A DNA stretch of 32,873 nt, taken from sequence record SRR22947727_3747, one strand, 5' to 3'. Shown piece after piece: positions 19,593 to 29,157 of this stretch. Position 1 is the stretch's first letter, and the number at the start of each line of letters is the position of its first letter. The notes beneath the pieces are model-generated. The model made no database searches, was not told the DNA's origin, and saw only the letters and a program-made list of their open reading frames with translations. The position numbers and the translations under genes are program-made.

Positions 19593-20531
19593 ATGTTCAA
19601 AACAGCATTGGTCACAGGCGGCAATGGAAATCTTGGCCGTTTGGTGGCGCAGAATCTGGAGGCCATGGGCACACGCGTGGTCAGCTTTGACCTGCCCGGC
19701 AGCGAAGGCCCCCATTGTGATCCACGCCATGCCGTCGTCTTAGGTGATATGCGAGACCAGAGCCTCTTGGAGGACACGCTCGCGACCCATAAGCCCGACG
19801 TGGTGATCCACCTGGCATCCATGCTTTCGGGCAGCTCTGAAGCCAATCCCGAATTGGCTTGGGACGTGAACGCGTCGAGCTCCATTAGCTTGATGCGCCT
19901 ATGTTTGGACCGAAATATCGGACCTTTTTTCTTCGCCAGCACCGCGGCAACCTATGGTCCTGACCTTGCCAGCCCCGTGGCCTTGAACACGCCCCAATGG
20001 CCCGAAAATATTTATGGCGCAACCAAAGTTGCGGTAGAGCGCATGGGGGTTTACCTCAAATTAAAGCAAGGATTTGATTTTCGTTGCCTGAGATTCCCTA
20101 TGGTTCTGTCCCCCTCCGCCCCAGCCGGTGCCATGACCGCCTATCCAAGTCATGCCATCGCCGCTGCGGCCAGAGGCGACACCTTCGTGATGCCAGTTGC
20201 CCCAGATACCGGCATGTCGACGCTTTACCTCAATGATGTGACCCGCAGCATCGTTGAGATTTGCTCTGCCGAGCGGGCTGCATTGACCCAACATGCCTAT
20301 AATCTGCACAGCTTTATGTTCACGGCCCAAGACCTCGTGGAGGCAATCCAGAGCCGTTTTCCCGGCTTTAGCTGTACGTTCACCTCAGGCAGCCCAACTG
20401 ATGACCTGATCCTGCGCTGGCCAGATGTCTTTGATGACAGCGCCGCGCGCGCAGATTGGGGCTGGGCGCCGCATTATGATTTTGACGCCACCATTGAGGC
20501 GCTGGTGCAATTTGCGAATGCCCAAAGGTAA
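19593..20531 (+). CDS. NAD-dependent epimerase/dehydratase (SDR L-threonine dehydrogenase-like)
   Basis: TGGNGNLG, YGATK, DFRCLRFP, WPDVFDDSAARADWGW. Confidence 0.8.
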   Translation: MFKTALVTGGNGNLGRLVAQNLEAMGTRVVSFDLPGSEGPHCDPRHAVVLGDMRDQSLLEDTLATHKPDVVIHLASMLSGSSEANPELAWDVNASSSISLMRLCLDRNIGPFFFASTAATYGPDLASPVALNTPQWPENIYGATKVAVERMGVYLKLKQGFDFRCLRFPMVLSPSAPAGAMTAYPSHAIAAAARGDTFVMPVAPDTGMSTLYLNDVTRSIVEICSAERAALTQHAYNLHSFMFTAQDLVEAIQSRFPGFSCTFTSGSPTDDLILRWPDVFDDSAARADWGWAPHYDFDATIEALVQFANAQR

Positions 20532-20541
20532 AGGCCCTGAC

Positions 20542-21336
20542 ATGATGAGTTCCTATGACACCCTGTTGATTTCGAGACCTGCAAACCATGTCGTTCAAAT
20601 CACTTTGAACCGCCCGGATTTTGCCAATGCGTTCAACACGCAAATGGCGTTGGATCTGGTGGATATTTTTGAATCTCTGTCCATGGATCCCAGCGAAACC
20701 CGCGCGATCATTCTCACCGGATCTGGCACTCGCGCCTTTTGTGCGGGTGGAGATTTAAAGGAGCGCAACGGGATGAGCAACGCCGCATGGTCTAAACAGC
20801 ATTTGATCTATGAGCGCATGGCCCGCGCAGTGATTACCTGCCCGATTCCCGTGATTGGCGCCATAAATGGTGCAGCTTACGGCGGCGGATGCGAGTTGGC
20901 CGCAGCGGTCGATTTTGCCTATGTGGCCCGCGGCGCGCGTTTTGCACAGACCGAAGTTAAAATCGGCATCATTCCTGGCGCGGGCGGCACGCAGACCCTC
21001 GCGCGCGCGATTGGGGAGCGCCGGGCCAAGGAATTGATCCTCACCGGTGAGGTCTTCACAGCTGAGCAAGCTCTAAACTGGGGTCTTGCCAATGCCATAT
21101 ACCCAATTGAAGAGTTGCTCCCAGCCGCGCTCCAGACCGCTGAAACCATAGCCGCCAACGCGCCGATTGCAGTGCGGCAAGCCAAATTGGCGATTGGGCG
21201 CGGGGGCGGAATGGGGGTGTCAGATGGGTTGGCTATGGAGATTGAAGCCTATAATCGCACCATTCCGACCGAGGACCGCCGCGAGGGGGTGGCGGCCTTC
21301 AATGAAAAACGCCCGCCCGTGTTTCGCGGAGAATGA
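20542..21336 (+). CDS. Enoyl-CoA hydratase/isomerase
   Basis: LNRP, AFCAGGDLKE, GGGCE, PGAGGTQ, AFNEKR. Confidence 0.92.
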   Translation: MMSSYDTLLISRPANHVVQITLNRPDFANAFNTQMALDLVDIFESLSMDPSETRAIILTGSGTRAFCAGGDLKERNGMSNAAWSKQHLIYERMARAVITCPIPVIGAINGAAYGGGCELAAAVDFAYVARGARFAQTEVKIGIIPGAGGTQTLARAIGERRAKELILTGEVFTAEQALNWGLANAIYPIEELLPAALQTAETIAANAPIAVRQAKLAIGRGGGMGVSDGLAMEIEAYNRTIPTEDRREGVAAFNEKRPPVFRGE

Positions 21337-21354
21337 CCCGGGGCTGAGCGCGGC

Positions 21355-22278
21355 TCAGGTATCAAGAGCCTTTCGCGTGGCCAAGATGCCTATCAAAGCG
21401 GCATCGCGTTCTTGCTCCAATTGCGCAATGGATTTGCCCCCGGCCTCGGCCTCAACGCCTGCGATCAACGCGGCCCGCAGCTCTGGGGTCAATCGCGGGG
21501 TGCCAAGCGTGCTCCAACGCCCCTCCTGACTGTCACCGAGATGCTCAAGATAATGCGCCATGCCCCCAGCGCCGCCGCCCAGATGATAGGTCATATGCGC
21601 GCCCATAACGGCCCAGCGCAGCCCGGGCCCGTTCACCAACGCAAGATCCACTGCCTCCACATCCGCGATGCCTTCAGCAACGATATGCACCGCTTCGCGC
21701 CAGAGCGCAGACGCCAGCCGATTGGCCAAATGACCCACCGCCTCGCGTTTCATGCGCACCGGCACCCGGCCAATGCGGCGGTAAAGATCTTCGGCGCGGG
21801 CCAGACTCGCCTCCGCAGGGCAAAACAGCTCAACCAAAGGCACGAGATGAGGCGGGTTGTAAGGGTGGGCGTTCAGCAGACGCTCCGGCCGGTCCATCTG
21901 TGCGCTCAGACGCGACCAGGGCAGACCAGAGGCGCTGGAGGCAATCAGAGCATCGGCCTCGGCGTGTAGCTCAAAGCGGCGGTAAAGATCGTGTTTAACA
22001 TCCAGGCGCTCAGGTGCATTCTCTTGCACGAAAAACGCGCCTGAAAACACCTCTGTAAGCTCACCATGAACTGTCAAACGTCCTGGCCTGTCCGCGCCCG
22101 CACCCAATTGCCGCAGTTGCGCCATGGGCGCCTTGACCCGATCTTCCAGCGCATCCCGCGCCTCGGGATCAGGATCCCAAGCCTGCACATGCACTCCATG
22201 ATGCAAAAACAATGCAGCCCAGCTGACACCAATCAAGCCAGCTCCTAGAATCGCGACTGGGCGCTCTGTATCCAGCAT
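21355..22278 (-). CDS. 3-hydroxyacyl-CoA dehydrogenase family (carnitine dehydrogenase/lambda-crystallin-like)
   Basis: GAGLIG, QENAPERLDVK, HPYNPPHLVPLVE, ANRL, GPGLRWA. Confidence 0.88.
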   Translation of the reverse strand: MLDTERPVAILGAGLIGVSWAALFLHHGVHVQAWDPDPEARDALEDRVKAPMAQLRQLGAGADRPGRLTVHGELTEVFSGAFFVQENAPERLDVKHDLYRRFELHAEADALIASSASGLPWSRLSAQMDRPERLLNAHPYNPPHLVPLVELFCPAEASLARAEDLYRRIGRVPVRMKREAVGHLANRLASALWREAVHIVAEGIADVEAVDLALVNGPGLRWAVMGAHMTYHLGGGAGGMAHYLEHLGDSQEGRWSTLGTPRLTPELRAALIAGVEAEAGGKSIAQLEQERDAALIGILATRKALDT

Positions 22279-22287
22279 TTGGACGGT

Positions 22288-23055
22288 TTACCGCGGCGCC
22301 ATACGGATGGCGCCGTCCAAGCGGATGACTTCACCGTTCAGCATTTGGTTGTCGATGATATGTCCAACCAAATTGGCATATTCCGCCCCCTGACCCAAGC
22401 GGCGCGGGAAGGGCACCTGCGCGCCCAGCGCATCTTGAACCTCTTGCGGCATACCGTCCATCATGGGGGTGGCGAAGATACCCGGCGCAATGGCGCATAC
22501 ACGAATGCCTTTGTCGGCCAGATCCCGCGCCATTGGCAGGGTCATCCCTACGATTCCACCCTTGGATGCTGAATAGGCAACCTGGCCGATTTGCCCATCA
22601 TAGGCTGCCACGGAAGCTGTGTTGATAATCACACCCCGCGCGCCGTCGGGTCCGCATGGATCTGCGGCTGCCATTAAACAAGCGGCTTGAGATGCGCAGT
22701 TGAAACTGCCGATCAGATTAACCTGGATCGTCTTGGCAAATACCGCAGGATCATGCGCCGCGCCGCGTGACACGGTTTTAATGGCCGGGGCAATACCCGC
22801 ACAGTTGATCATGATGCGCGGCGTGCCGAGCTCCGCGACCACTGCGGCAAACCCTGCGGCGACGCTCACAGGATCGGCCACGTCAACATGTTGAAACAAC
22901 CCACCAACCTCCTGGGCCACGGCCTCACCTGCCTGCGTGTTCAGATCAAAAACCACCACCCGTGCGCCCATGTCCGAGAGCTTGCGCGCGGTGGCCGCAC
23001 CTAAACCAGAGGCGCCGCCTGATACAACGGCTACAGCAGAGTTTTCAAATATCAT
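22288..23055 (-). CDS. SDR 3-hydroxyacyl-CoA dehydrogenase type II (HSD10-like)
   Basis: GGASGLG, NCAGI, NTASVAAYDGQIGQ, YSASK, IRLDGAIRM; GGGGA RBS favours start at 23055. Confidence 0.9.
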   Translation of the reverse strand: MIFENSAVAVVSGGASGLGAATARKLSDMGARVVVFDLNTQAGEAVAQEVGGLFQHVDVADPVSVAAGFAAVVAELGTPRIMINCAGIAPAIKTVSRGAAHDPAVFAKTIQVNLIGSFNCASQAACLMAAADPCGPDGARGVIINTASVAAYDGQIGQVAYSASKGGIVGMTLPMARDLADKGIRVCAIAPGIFATPMMDGMPQEVQDALGAQVPFPRRLGQGAEYANLVGHIIDNQMLNGEVIRLDGAIRMAPR

Positions 23056-23125
23056 AAGCATTCCCCAAATCTTGCCGCAGGATCACGGCCAATCATTGCA
23101 CCATGGTATTGCAACCACCGGTGAG

Positions 23126-23150
23126 GTCAAACCGCATAATGCGTTTTGAC
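23126..23150. promoter_or_regulatory. 12-1-12 inverted repeat, putative operator in a divergent intergenic region
   Basis: GTCAAACCGCAT-A-ATGCGTTTTGAC, one mismatch. Confidence 0.5.
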
Positions 23151-23218
23151 AGGTCAGCACGTCGCCTGTAAGGCAACGATCCAGTCAGATACCTCTGACC
23201 AGCCATAAGGAATGCCCC

Positions 23219-23833
23219 TTGAGCCGTACAAACGCCCCCCGCTATCAAGCTGAAAATGGCTACCTCACACAGACCACCCGAAAATCCTACATAAAGCGAG
23301 CTGTAGAAGCCAGGCTTTTGCCCCCACGTGCGCGGCGCATGGAACAGATCACCTCACTGCAGGCGTCACAGGATCCGCAGATGCCCATCCAGTTTTGGCA
23401 GCTCTTTTCCGTTTTGGGGCCAGAGCCCATTGTCGGGATTGTTGCTGATTTTTATCAACGCGTGTTTGACGACGAGCCATGGTTCACATCGGTTTTCGCG
23501 CGGGTCGGCAACCTCAATCACCATATTTCAACGCAGGCCAGCATGTGGCTCGATGTCATGGGCGGCGGGCCTTATTACCACGGGGCAGAATTCAGGTTGA
23601 ATTTCCATCACACCCACAATGCCCATAGTTTGATGAATGAAGAAGGTGCGCGCCGCTGGGTCACACTCATGGTCGCTTCGCTAGAGGCCTCAAAGCCGTT
23701 AATGGGCGATGATCCTCGGGTGCGGGCGAGCCTCAACACGTTTCTCGCGCATTTCTTCGCAAAATATGCGCGGGATTTTCAGTTTGAAAACTGTGAAACA
23801 TTCGGGCCGATTAACCCGCCGGTCCTCCAATAA
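23219..23833 (+). CDS. Truncated (2/2) globin-like protein with N-terminal extension
   Basis: LG..IV..FY.RV..D...F...H......MGGG.YY.G....H pattern of truncated haemoglobins; TTG start after AAGGA. Confidence 0.6.
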   Translation: MSRTNAPRYQAENGYLTQTTRKSYIKRAVEARLLPPRARRMEQITSLQASQDPQMPIQFWQLFSVLGPEPIVGIVADFYQRVFDDEPWFTSVFARVGNLNHHISTQASMWLDVMGGGPYYHGAEFRLNFHHTHNAHSLMNEEGARRWVTLMVASLEASKPLMGDDPRVRASLNTFLAHFFAKYARDFQFENCETFGPINPPVLQ

Positions 23834-23859
23834 TCACAGATGACCGCAGCGGCCTGCAT

Positions 23860-24816
23860 TTAAATGCGGTCAAAATCGAGCGAGTCGGCGACGATATCAA
23901 CCCGATCTTGCAAAGTATTGGGAAAGAGGCGGGCATAGCGTTCGGTCATAGAGATATTGTAATGCCCCAGCAATTGCTGAACCTCATAAATACTTGCGCC
24001 ATTGTTAATCAAAAGGCTGGCATAGGTGTGGCACAAGTCATGCATCCGAACGGAGCTCAGGCCCGCGCTGTCTCGAGCCTTAAAAAACGCAATATGCAAG
24101 CTGGTGTAGGGTTGGCCCGTGCGGGGGTTGGCGAACACCCAGCTGTCCCGGGTGATCGGCAGGCCCAGAGCCTCAGACCGCAATTTCACCTGCTCCAGAA
24201 CCGCCAGGGCTTTTTTGCTCAAAACCACTGTACGGCTGCGGCCACTTTTACTGACGGCAACAAAAAGCTCGCCCTTTTGCAAATCAATACAGGTCCATTT
24301 GGCCAGGCGCAGTTCGCTCTTTCGTGCCCCGGTGAGCAAGAGCAATTTGACAAATAAATGCAAGAACGGATGCGTGCTGCGCTTACAAGCGCTCAGCAGA
24401 CTTTTGATCTCCGTATGGGTTAAGAAGCGCTGCATATAATCGCCTGTTGGCAATTTCTTGATGACGACAGCTTTAAATGGGTTTGTATCGAGATAACCCC
24501 ATTGCACGGCAATGTTTAGAATTCTGTTCAACATGCTGGAATGCTTGTTCACCGTCGCAGGCTTGTAGCCCGCCTCCAATTGCGCCGTCATCCATAGGTC
24601 GAGATCCTGGCTGGTAATCTCCGCCAGGGTTTTTGGCCCAAAGATTGGCCTAATGTGTTTGTCGAACACATAGAGCTCCAATTGGCTCCGACGCTTGGTC
24701 GCCTTAGAGAACGCATAGTATTTATGATCGAAGAAATCTGCGAAACAGGAGAATTCTTGGAGACTGTTAGACGAATTGAAATCGGTTGTTTTAAAAATAT
24801 TTGAAAAAATAGACAT
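23860..24816 (-). CDS. Tyrosine recombinase (SAM-like core-binding + catalytic domain), HxxR Arg replaced by Cys
   Basis: PATVNK, TGARKSE (Arg I), SKSG (Lys), HDLCH (canonical HDLRH), LGH, TERY (Tyr); GAGGAGG RBS before ATG 24816. Confidence 0.93.
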   Translation of the reverse strand: MSIFSNIFKTTDFNSSNSLQEFSCFADFFDHKYYAFSKATKRRSQLELYVFDKHIRPIFGPKTLAEITSQDLDLWMTAQLEAGYKPATVNKHSSMLNRILNIAVQWGYLDTNPFKAVVIKKLPTGDYMQRFLTHTEIKSLLSACKRSTHPFLHLFVKLLLLTGARKSELRLAKWTCIDLQKGELFVAVSKSGRSRTVVLSKKALAVLEQVKLRSEALGLPITRDSWVFANPRTGQPYTSLHIAFFKARDSAGLSSVRMHDLCHTYASLLINNGASIYEVQQLLGHYNISMTERYARLFPNTLQDRVDIVADSLDFDRI

Positions 24817-24907
24817 ACTGAGGCCCTCCTCGAGCGCCTTGATACTGACAAACAACACTATTTGGAACTGATTCGTCTAAAAAGCAGTACCAATGGCTAA
24901 CTTTAGC

Positions 24908-25962
24908 ATGAAAGCATTCTCCTTACTTCTAGTGCTCTGGTGATGACCGCTGGTGTTGCCGCTGCAGAAGTTACCTTCTCAGGCACAGCAAAATTTGGTT
25001 ACAACGACACAGATCACGCAACTGGCGCATCTGTTGGCGCTGCTTTTTCGGACATTGATCTGAACATCGCATTTTCACAAGAGCTGAACAACGGCTACAC
25101 AGCCGCCGCTTCTTTTGAGTTTGACGTTGCCAATGCGGACCAAGGCGCGAGTTTCAATGCCTCTGATGCTGTGATCTCTTTGACAAATGCTGATTCCGGC
25201 ATCCACTATGGTGACACGAAACATGGCGCTGAAAACGCATGGTCTGCGGTTGGCTCCACGGATAACGACGACTTCCGTGTCGCAAAAAACGAAATGGTGA
25301 CCCGTGCTGACATGACCTTTGGCGGCGCAAAAATCGGCATCTCTTTGGGCGATGATACAAACATCTCCGGTACTGAAAAAGATTACATTTCACTCGGCAT
25401 CACAGGCTCTGCTGGCGCATTCTCCTATGCACTGGCCCATCAAAACGAAAACACCGCTACGCTGGACCCTGTTGACAAATTAGCAGCGACGCAACTCGCA
25501 ACAACCGGTGTTCGTGTGAGCACAACTTTGGGTGGCGCAACTGTTGCACTGGGTTATGCCAAAAACGACAATGGCGGTTCAACCGGCATTGAAGTCAGCT
25601 ACCCAATGGGCGCACTCACCACAACAGCATCTTACGTTCAAGAAGGCGCAGCTAGCGCAGAAAACAAATGGGATGTGAAAGTTGCCTATGCCGAAGGCGC
25701 ATTGGGTGTGACAGTTGCTACAGACGAAAGTCAGGACTGGAATGTTGACGTGTCCTACGACATGGGTAACGGCATGAACCTCTTCGTCGGTGCTGATGAC
25801 GGTGGCAAAGACACATATGCTGGTGTGAGCTATGATCTCGGCGGCGGTGCATCGCTCTTGGCATCCTACGCAAATGACAGCGACAACGATGATACTGACG
25901 ACGAAGTTGGTGCAAAAGACTACAAAGAAGGCATGACCTTCCAGCTTTCTTTCGCATTCTAA
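24908..25962 (+). pseudogene. Porin 1 (Rhodobacter-type general porin) with intact body but disabled 5' end (silent cassette or frameshifted gene)
   Basis: Signal peptide SILLTSSALVMTAGVAAA-E in the frame of 24913, but ATG 24908 is 1 nt out of frame and an in-frame TAG lies at 24904; beta-strand pattern, YDLGGGAS, C-terminal FAF. Confidence 0.85.
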
Positions 25963-25985
25963 GTCGATTGAAATCGAACCTTGAG

Positions 25986-26012
25986 AAGGCGGCCCGAAAG
26001 GGTCGCCTTTTT
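25986..26012 (+). terminator. Intrinsic terminator of porin 1
   Basis: AAGGCGGCCC-GAAA-GGGTCGCCTT followed by TTT. Confidence 0.9.
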
Positions 26013-26141
26013 CATTTTTGGATGATGATTTTTCGGCATGGATCCCTTGGAGCTCTGGAAACCTGAGCCAAAGCAGCCTATGACTGGCGGCGGGCGCCTA
26101 ATCTGGGTTTGGCCCATGAATATATAGACGAGGCAGATCTC

Positions 26142-28700
26142 ATGAGCAGCTATTCCCCCGCCGAAATCGAAGCCAAATGGCAAGAGGCATGGGCCAAAGG
26201 CGAGACCTTCAAGGCCGTGGCCACTGCCGATCGTCCGAAATATTATGTCCTGGAAATGTTCCCCTATCCATCGGGCCGCATTCACATGGGCCATGTCCGC
26301 AATTACACCATGGGCGATGTGATCGCGCGTTATAAGCTGTCTACCGGGCATAATGTTCTACACCCGATGGGCTGGGACGCCTTTGGCATGCCGGCCGAAA
26401 ACGCCGCGATGGCGATCGGTGGGCATCCAAAAGAATGGACCTATGACAACATCGCAACCATGCGCACACAGATGAAGCCCTTGGGCCTGTCCATCGATTG
26501 GTCGCGCGAGTTTGCCACCTGTGACCCTGAATATTACGGACAACAACAGGCGTTGTTTCTCGATATGCTTGCCAATGGTTTGGTCTATCGCAAGAATGCG
26601 ATGGTCAATTGGGATCCAGTCGATATGACGGTTCTGGCCAATGAGCAGGTGATTGACGGCAAAGGCTGGCGTTCCAATGCCGAGGTGGAACGCCGCGAGT
26701 TAACACAATGGTTCTTCAATATCTCATCGATGTCGGGCGAATTGCTCAGCGCCTTGGATGGGCTGGAAAACTGGCCTGCCAAAGTTCGGTTGATGCAGGA
26801 AAATTGGATCGGCCAATCGCGGGGGTTGGAAATGACCTTCCCGCTGACGACACCCCAAGATGGTCATGAGGGCATCACCGTTTACACCACCCGCCCCGAT
26901 ACATTGGTGGGCGCCTCATTCATTGGACTGGCCGCGAACCACCCACTGACCCAAAGCCTGGCAGCTCAAAACCCTGCCTTGGCGGAATTCTGTGCCGAAT
27001 GTAAGAAAATGGACACAACAGAAGCCGCTATGGAAAAGGCTGAAAAGAAGGGCTTTGATACCGGCATCACCGTGCAAAATCCGCTTGGCGGCGCGCCATT
27101 GCCTGTTTGGGTCGCCAATTTTGTGATGATGGATTACGGCACCGGCGCAATCTTCGCCTGCCCCGCCCATGACCAGCGCGACCTTGATTTTGCGCGGAAA
27201 TATGATCTGCCCGTGATTGATACCTTCTTTGCGCTCAACGATGATACACCCGTGACAGATGTGGCTTTCGTGCCGGCCAAAACGGAAACGGTGCGCTGGG
27301 TCAACCAACCGGCCGGCCTGCAAGAGGCCACGGGGCAAGAGGCGGTTGACGCCACCATCGATTGGGCCGAAGCGCAGGGGCTTGGCATCGGCAAAACGCA
27401 ATATCGTTTGCGCGATTGGGGATTGAGCCGACAACGCTATTGGGGGTGTCCGATTCCGGTGGTGCATTGTGACAGCTGCGGCGTTGTGCCGGAGAAAAAG
27501 GAAAACCTGCCAGTCCGCCTGCCTGATGATGTGACGTTTGACATTCCGGGGAACCCGTTGGATCGGCACCCCACTTGGCGCAACTGCGCCTGCCCCGCCT
27601 GCGGCAAGGCCGCCCGCCGCGAGACCGATACCATGGATACTTTCGTGGATTCCTCTTGGTATTATGCGCGCTTCACGGCCCCCAATGCCGCCACACCTAC
27701 GGATATGGCGGAGGCCAGCTATTGGATGAACGTCGATCAATATATTGGCGGCGTGGAACATGCGATTTTGCACCTGCTCTATTCGCGGTTCTTTGCCCGC
27801 GCCATGCAGATCTGTGGCCATTTGCCCCCTTCCGCGATTGAACCTTTTGACGCGCTTTTTACCCAGGGCATGGTCACCCATGCGATCTATAAATCAGAGG
27901 GCAAAGACGGCCGGCCTGTCTATCACTACCCCGAAGAGGTGGCACTCCGGGATGGAAAGGCTTTCTTGCTTGATGGCGGCGCTGAGGTCACCATTGTGCC
28001 GTCCGCAAAGATGTCGAAATCAAAAAATAACGTGGTGGATCCGATCAGCATCATCAGCAGCTACGGAGCCGATACGGCGCGGTGGTTTGTTCTGTCTGAC
28101 AGTCCGCCAGAGCGCGATGTGGAGTGGACCGCTTCTGGTGCGGAAGCGGCGTTTAAGCATTTGAACCGCGTCTGGCAACTTTGCGATAAAATTGCCAATA
28201 TGGACAAAAATCAATCTGGCGAGGGGGATAAGGATCTCCTGCGCGCGCTCCACAAAACCATTGTGGACGTCACATCGGGGGTGGAGAGTTTTGGCTTCAA
28301 TGCAGCAATTGCCAAGCTCTATGGTTTCACCGCAACATTAGCCAAATCCAAGGCCGGATATGCCGCGCAGCATGAGGCAATCAGGACCTTGGCGCAATTG
28401 ATGGCACCGATGACGCCGCATTTGGCAGAGGACATTTGGGCGCATCAAGGCGGGCAGGGGCTTATTGCCAATGCGCCTTGGCCGAAAGCAGATCCGGAGC
28501 TCTTGATCGAAGATGAGGTCACTTTGCCCATCCAAATCAACGGCAAACGCCGTGATGAGATCACTGTGGCCAAAGATATGAGCAAAGAAGAGCTGGAAGC
28601 CTTGGTGTTGCAGAATAACGCTGTGATGAAAGCGCTTGATGGTGCTACACCTAAGAAACTTGTCATTGTACCCGGACGTATCGTCAATGTGGTTATCTAG
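26142..28700 (+). CDS. leuS: Leucine--tRNA ligase
   Basis: [41 protein letters not shown]. Confidence 0.99.
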   Translation: MSSYSPAEIEAKWQEAWAKGETFKAVATADRPKYYVLEMFPYPSGRIHMGHVRNYTMGDVIARYKLSTGHNVLHPMGWDAFGMPAENAAMAIGGHPKEWTYDNIATMRTQMKPLGLSIDWSREFATCDPEYYGQQQALFLDMLANGLVYRKNAMVNWDPVDMTVLANEQVIDGKGWRSNAEVERRELTQWFFNISSMSGELLSALDGLENWPAKVRLMQENWIGQSRGLEMTFPLTTPQDGHEGITVYTTRPDTLVGASFIGLAANHPLTQSLAAQNPALAEFCAECKKMDTTEAAMEKAEKKGFDTGITVQNPLGGAPLPVWVANFVMMDYGTGAIFACPAHDQRDLDFARKYDLPVIDTFFALNDDTPVTDVAFVPAKTETVRWVNQPAGLQEATGQEAVDATIDWAEAQGLGIGKTQYRLRDWGLSRQRYWGCPIPVVHCDSCGVVPEKKENLPVRLPDDVTFDIPGNPLDRHPTWRNCACPACGKAARRETDTMDTFVDSSWYYARFTAPNAATPTDMAEASYWMNVDQYIGGVEHAILHLLYSRFFARAMQICGHLPPSAIEPFDALFTQGMVTHAIYKSEGKDGRPVYHYPEEVALRDGKAFLLDGGAEVTIVPSAKMSKSKNNVVDPISIISSYGADTARWFVLSDSPPERDVEWTASGAEAAFKHLNRVWQLCDKIANMDKNQSGEGDKDLLRALHKTIVDVTSGVESFGFNAAIAKLYGFTATLAKSKAGYAAQHEAIRTLAQLMAPMTPHLAEDIWAHQGGQGLIANAPWPKADPELLIEDEVTLPIQINGKRRDEITVAKDMSKEELEALVLQNNAVMKALDGATPKKLVIVPGRIVNVVI

Positions 28701-29157
28701 CCGACGCGGATTTCTAAGTGCAGCTCTTGCTCTGGCGGGCTGTGGGCTTACTCCTGTCATGGAGCCCAGCTCGCAGCAGCTTTACAATCAGGTCCTGATC
28801 CAAGCCCCGGTCAATCGGGCGGAATATGAGCTGGTGCGGAACTTAGAAGCGCAGCTTGGAGTCGCAAAAAGCGCGCGTTTTGCGTTGCATTATGAATTGA
28901 ACGTCACAGAGGACAATATCGTTGTCTCCGCCGCCCAAGAGATCAGCCGCTATAGCCTTGTCGGCGAGCTGGAGTATTCCTTGCGGGACAACAATGGCGC
29001 CATCCTAACCCACCAGAGTGCAAAATCATTCACCGGCTACTCCGCCACAGGCACCACCGTCGCCACCCAGCGGGCTCAGCGAGACGCCCATGACCGCTTA
29101 ATGGTCATTCTGGCAGACCAAGTCTCCACGGCGCTGCTGACACTGGACCTCCCATGA
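28687..29157 (+). CDS. lptE: LPS assembly lipoprotein LptE
   Basis: MWLSSRR..LAG-C lipobox; position between leuS and holA. Confidence 0.85.
   Translation: MWLSSRRGFLSAALALAGCGLTPVMEPSSQQLYNQVLIQAPVNRAEYELVRNLEAQLGVAKSARFALHYELNVTEDNIVVSAAQEISRYSLVGELEYSLRDNNGAILTHQSAKSFTGYSATGTTVATQRAQRDAHDRLMVILADQVSTALLTLDLP

Noticed and set aside
23130-23157. CGCATAATG resembling the XerC arm of a dif site near a tyrosine recombinase
   Set aside because: There is no XerD arm (TTATG) after a 6-bp spacer; it is better explained as part of a symmetric operator.
13753-24816. Genomic island bounded by the recombinase
   Set aside because: No att repeats, tRNA or mobility genes were seen, and the coding genes have host-like composition.
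26916-27881. 321 aa antisense ORF inside leuS (likewise 14658-15578 opposite pobA and other overlapping ORFs)
   Set aside because: Shadow ORFs expected from GC-rich codon bias; no recognisable motifs.
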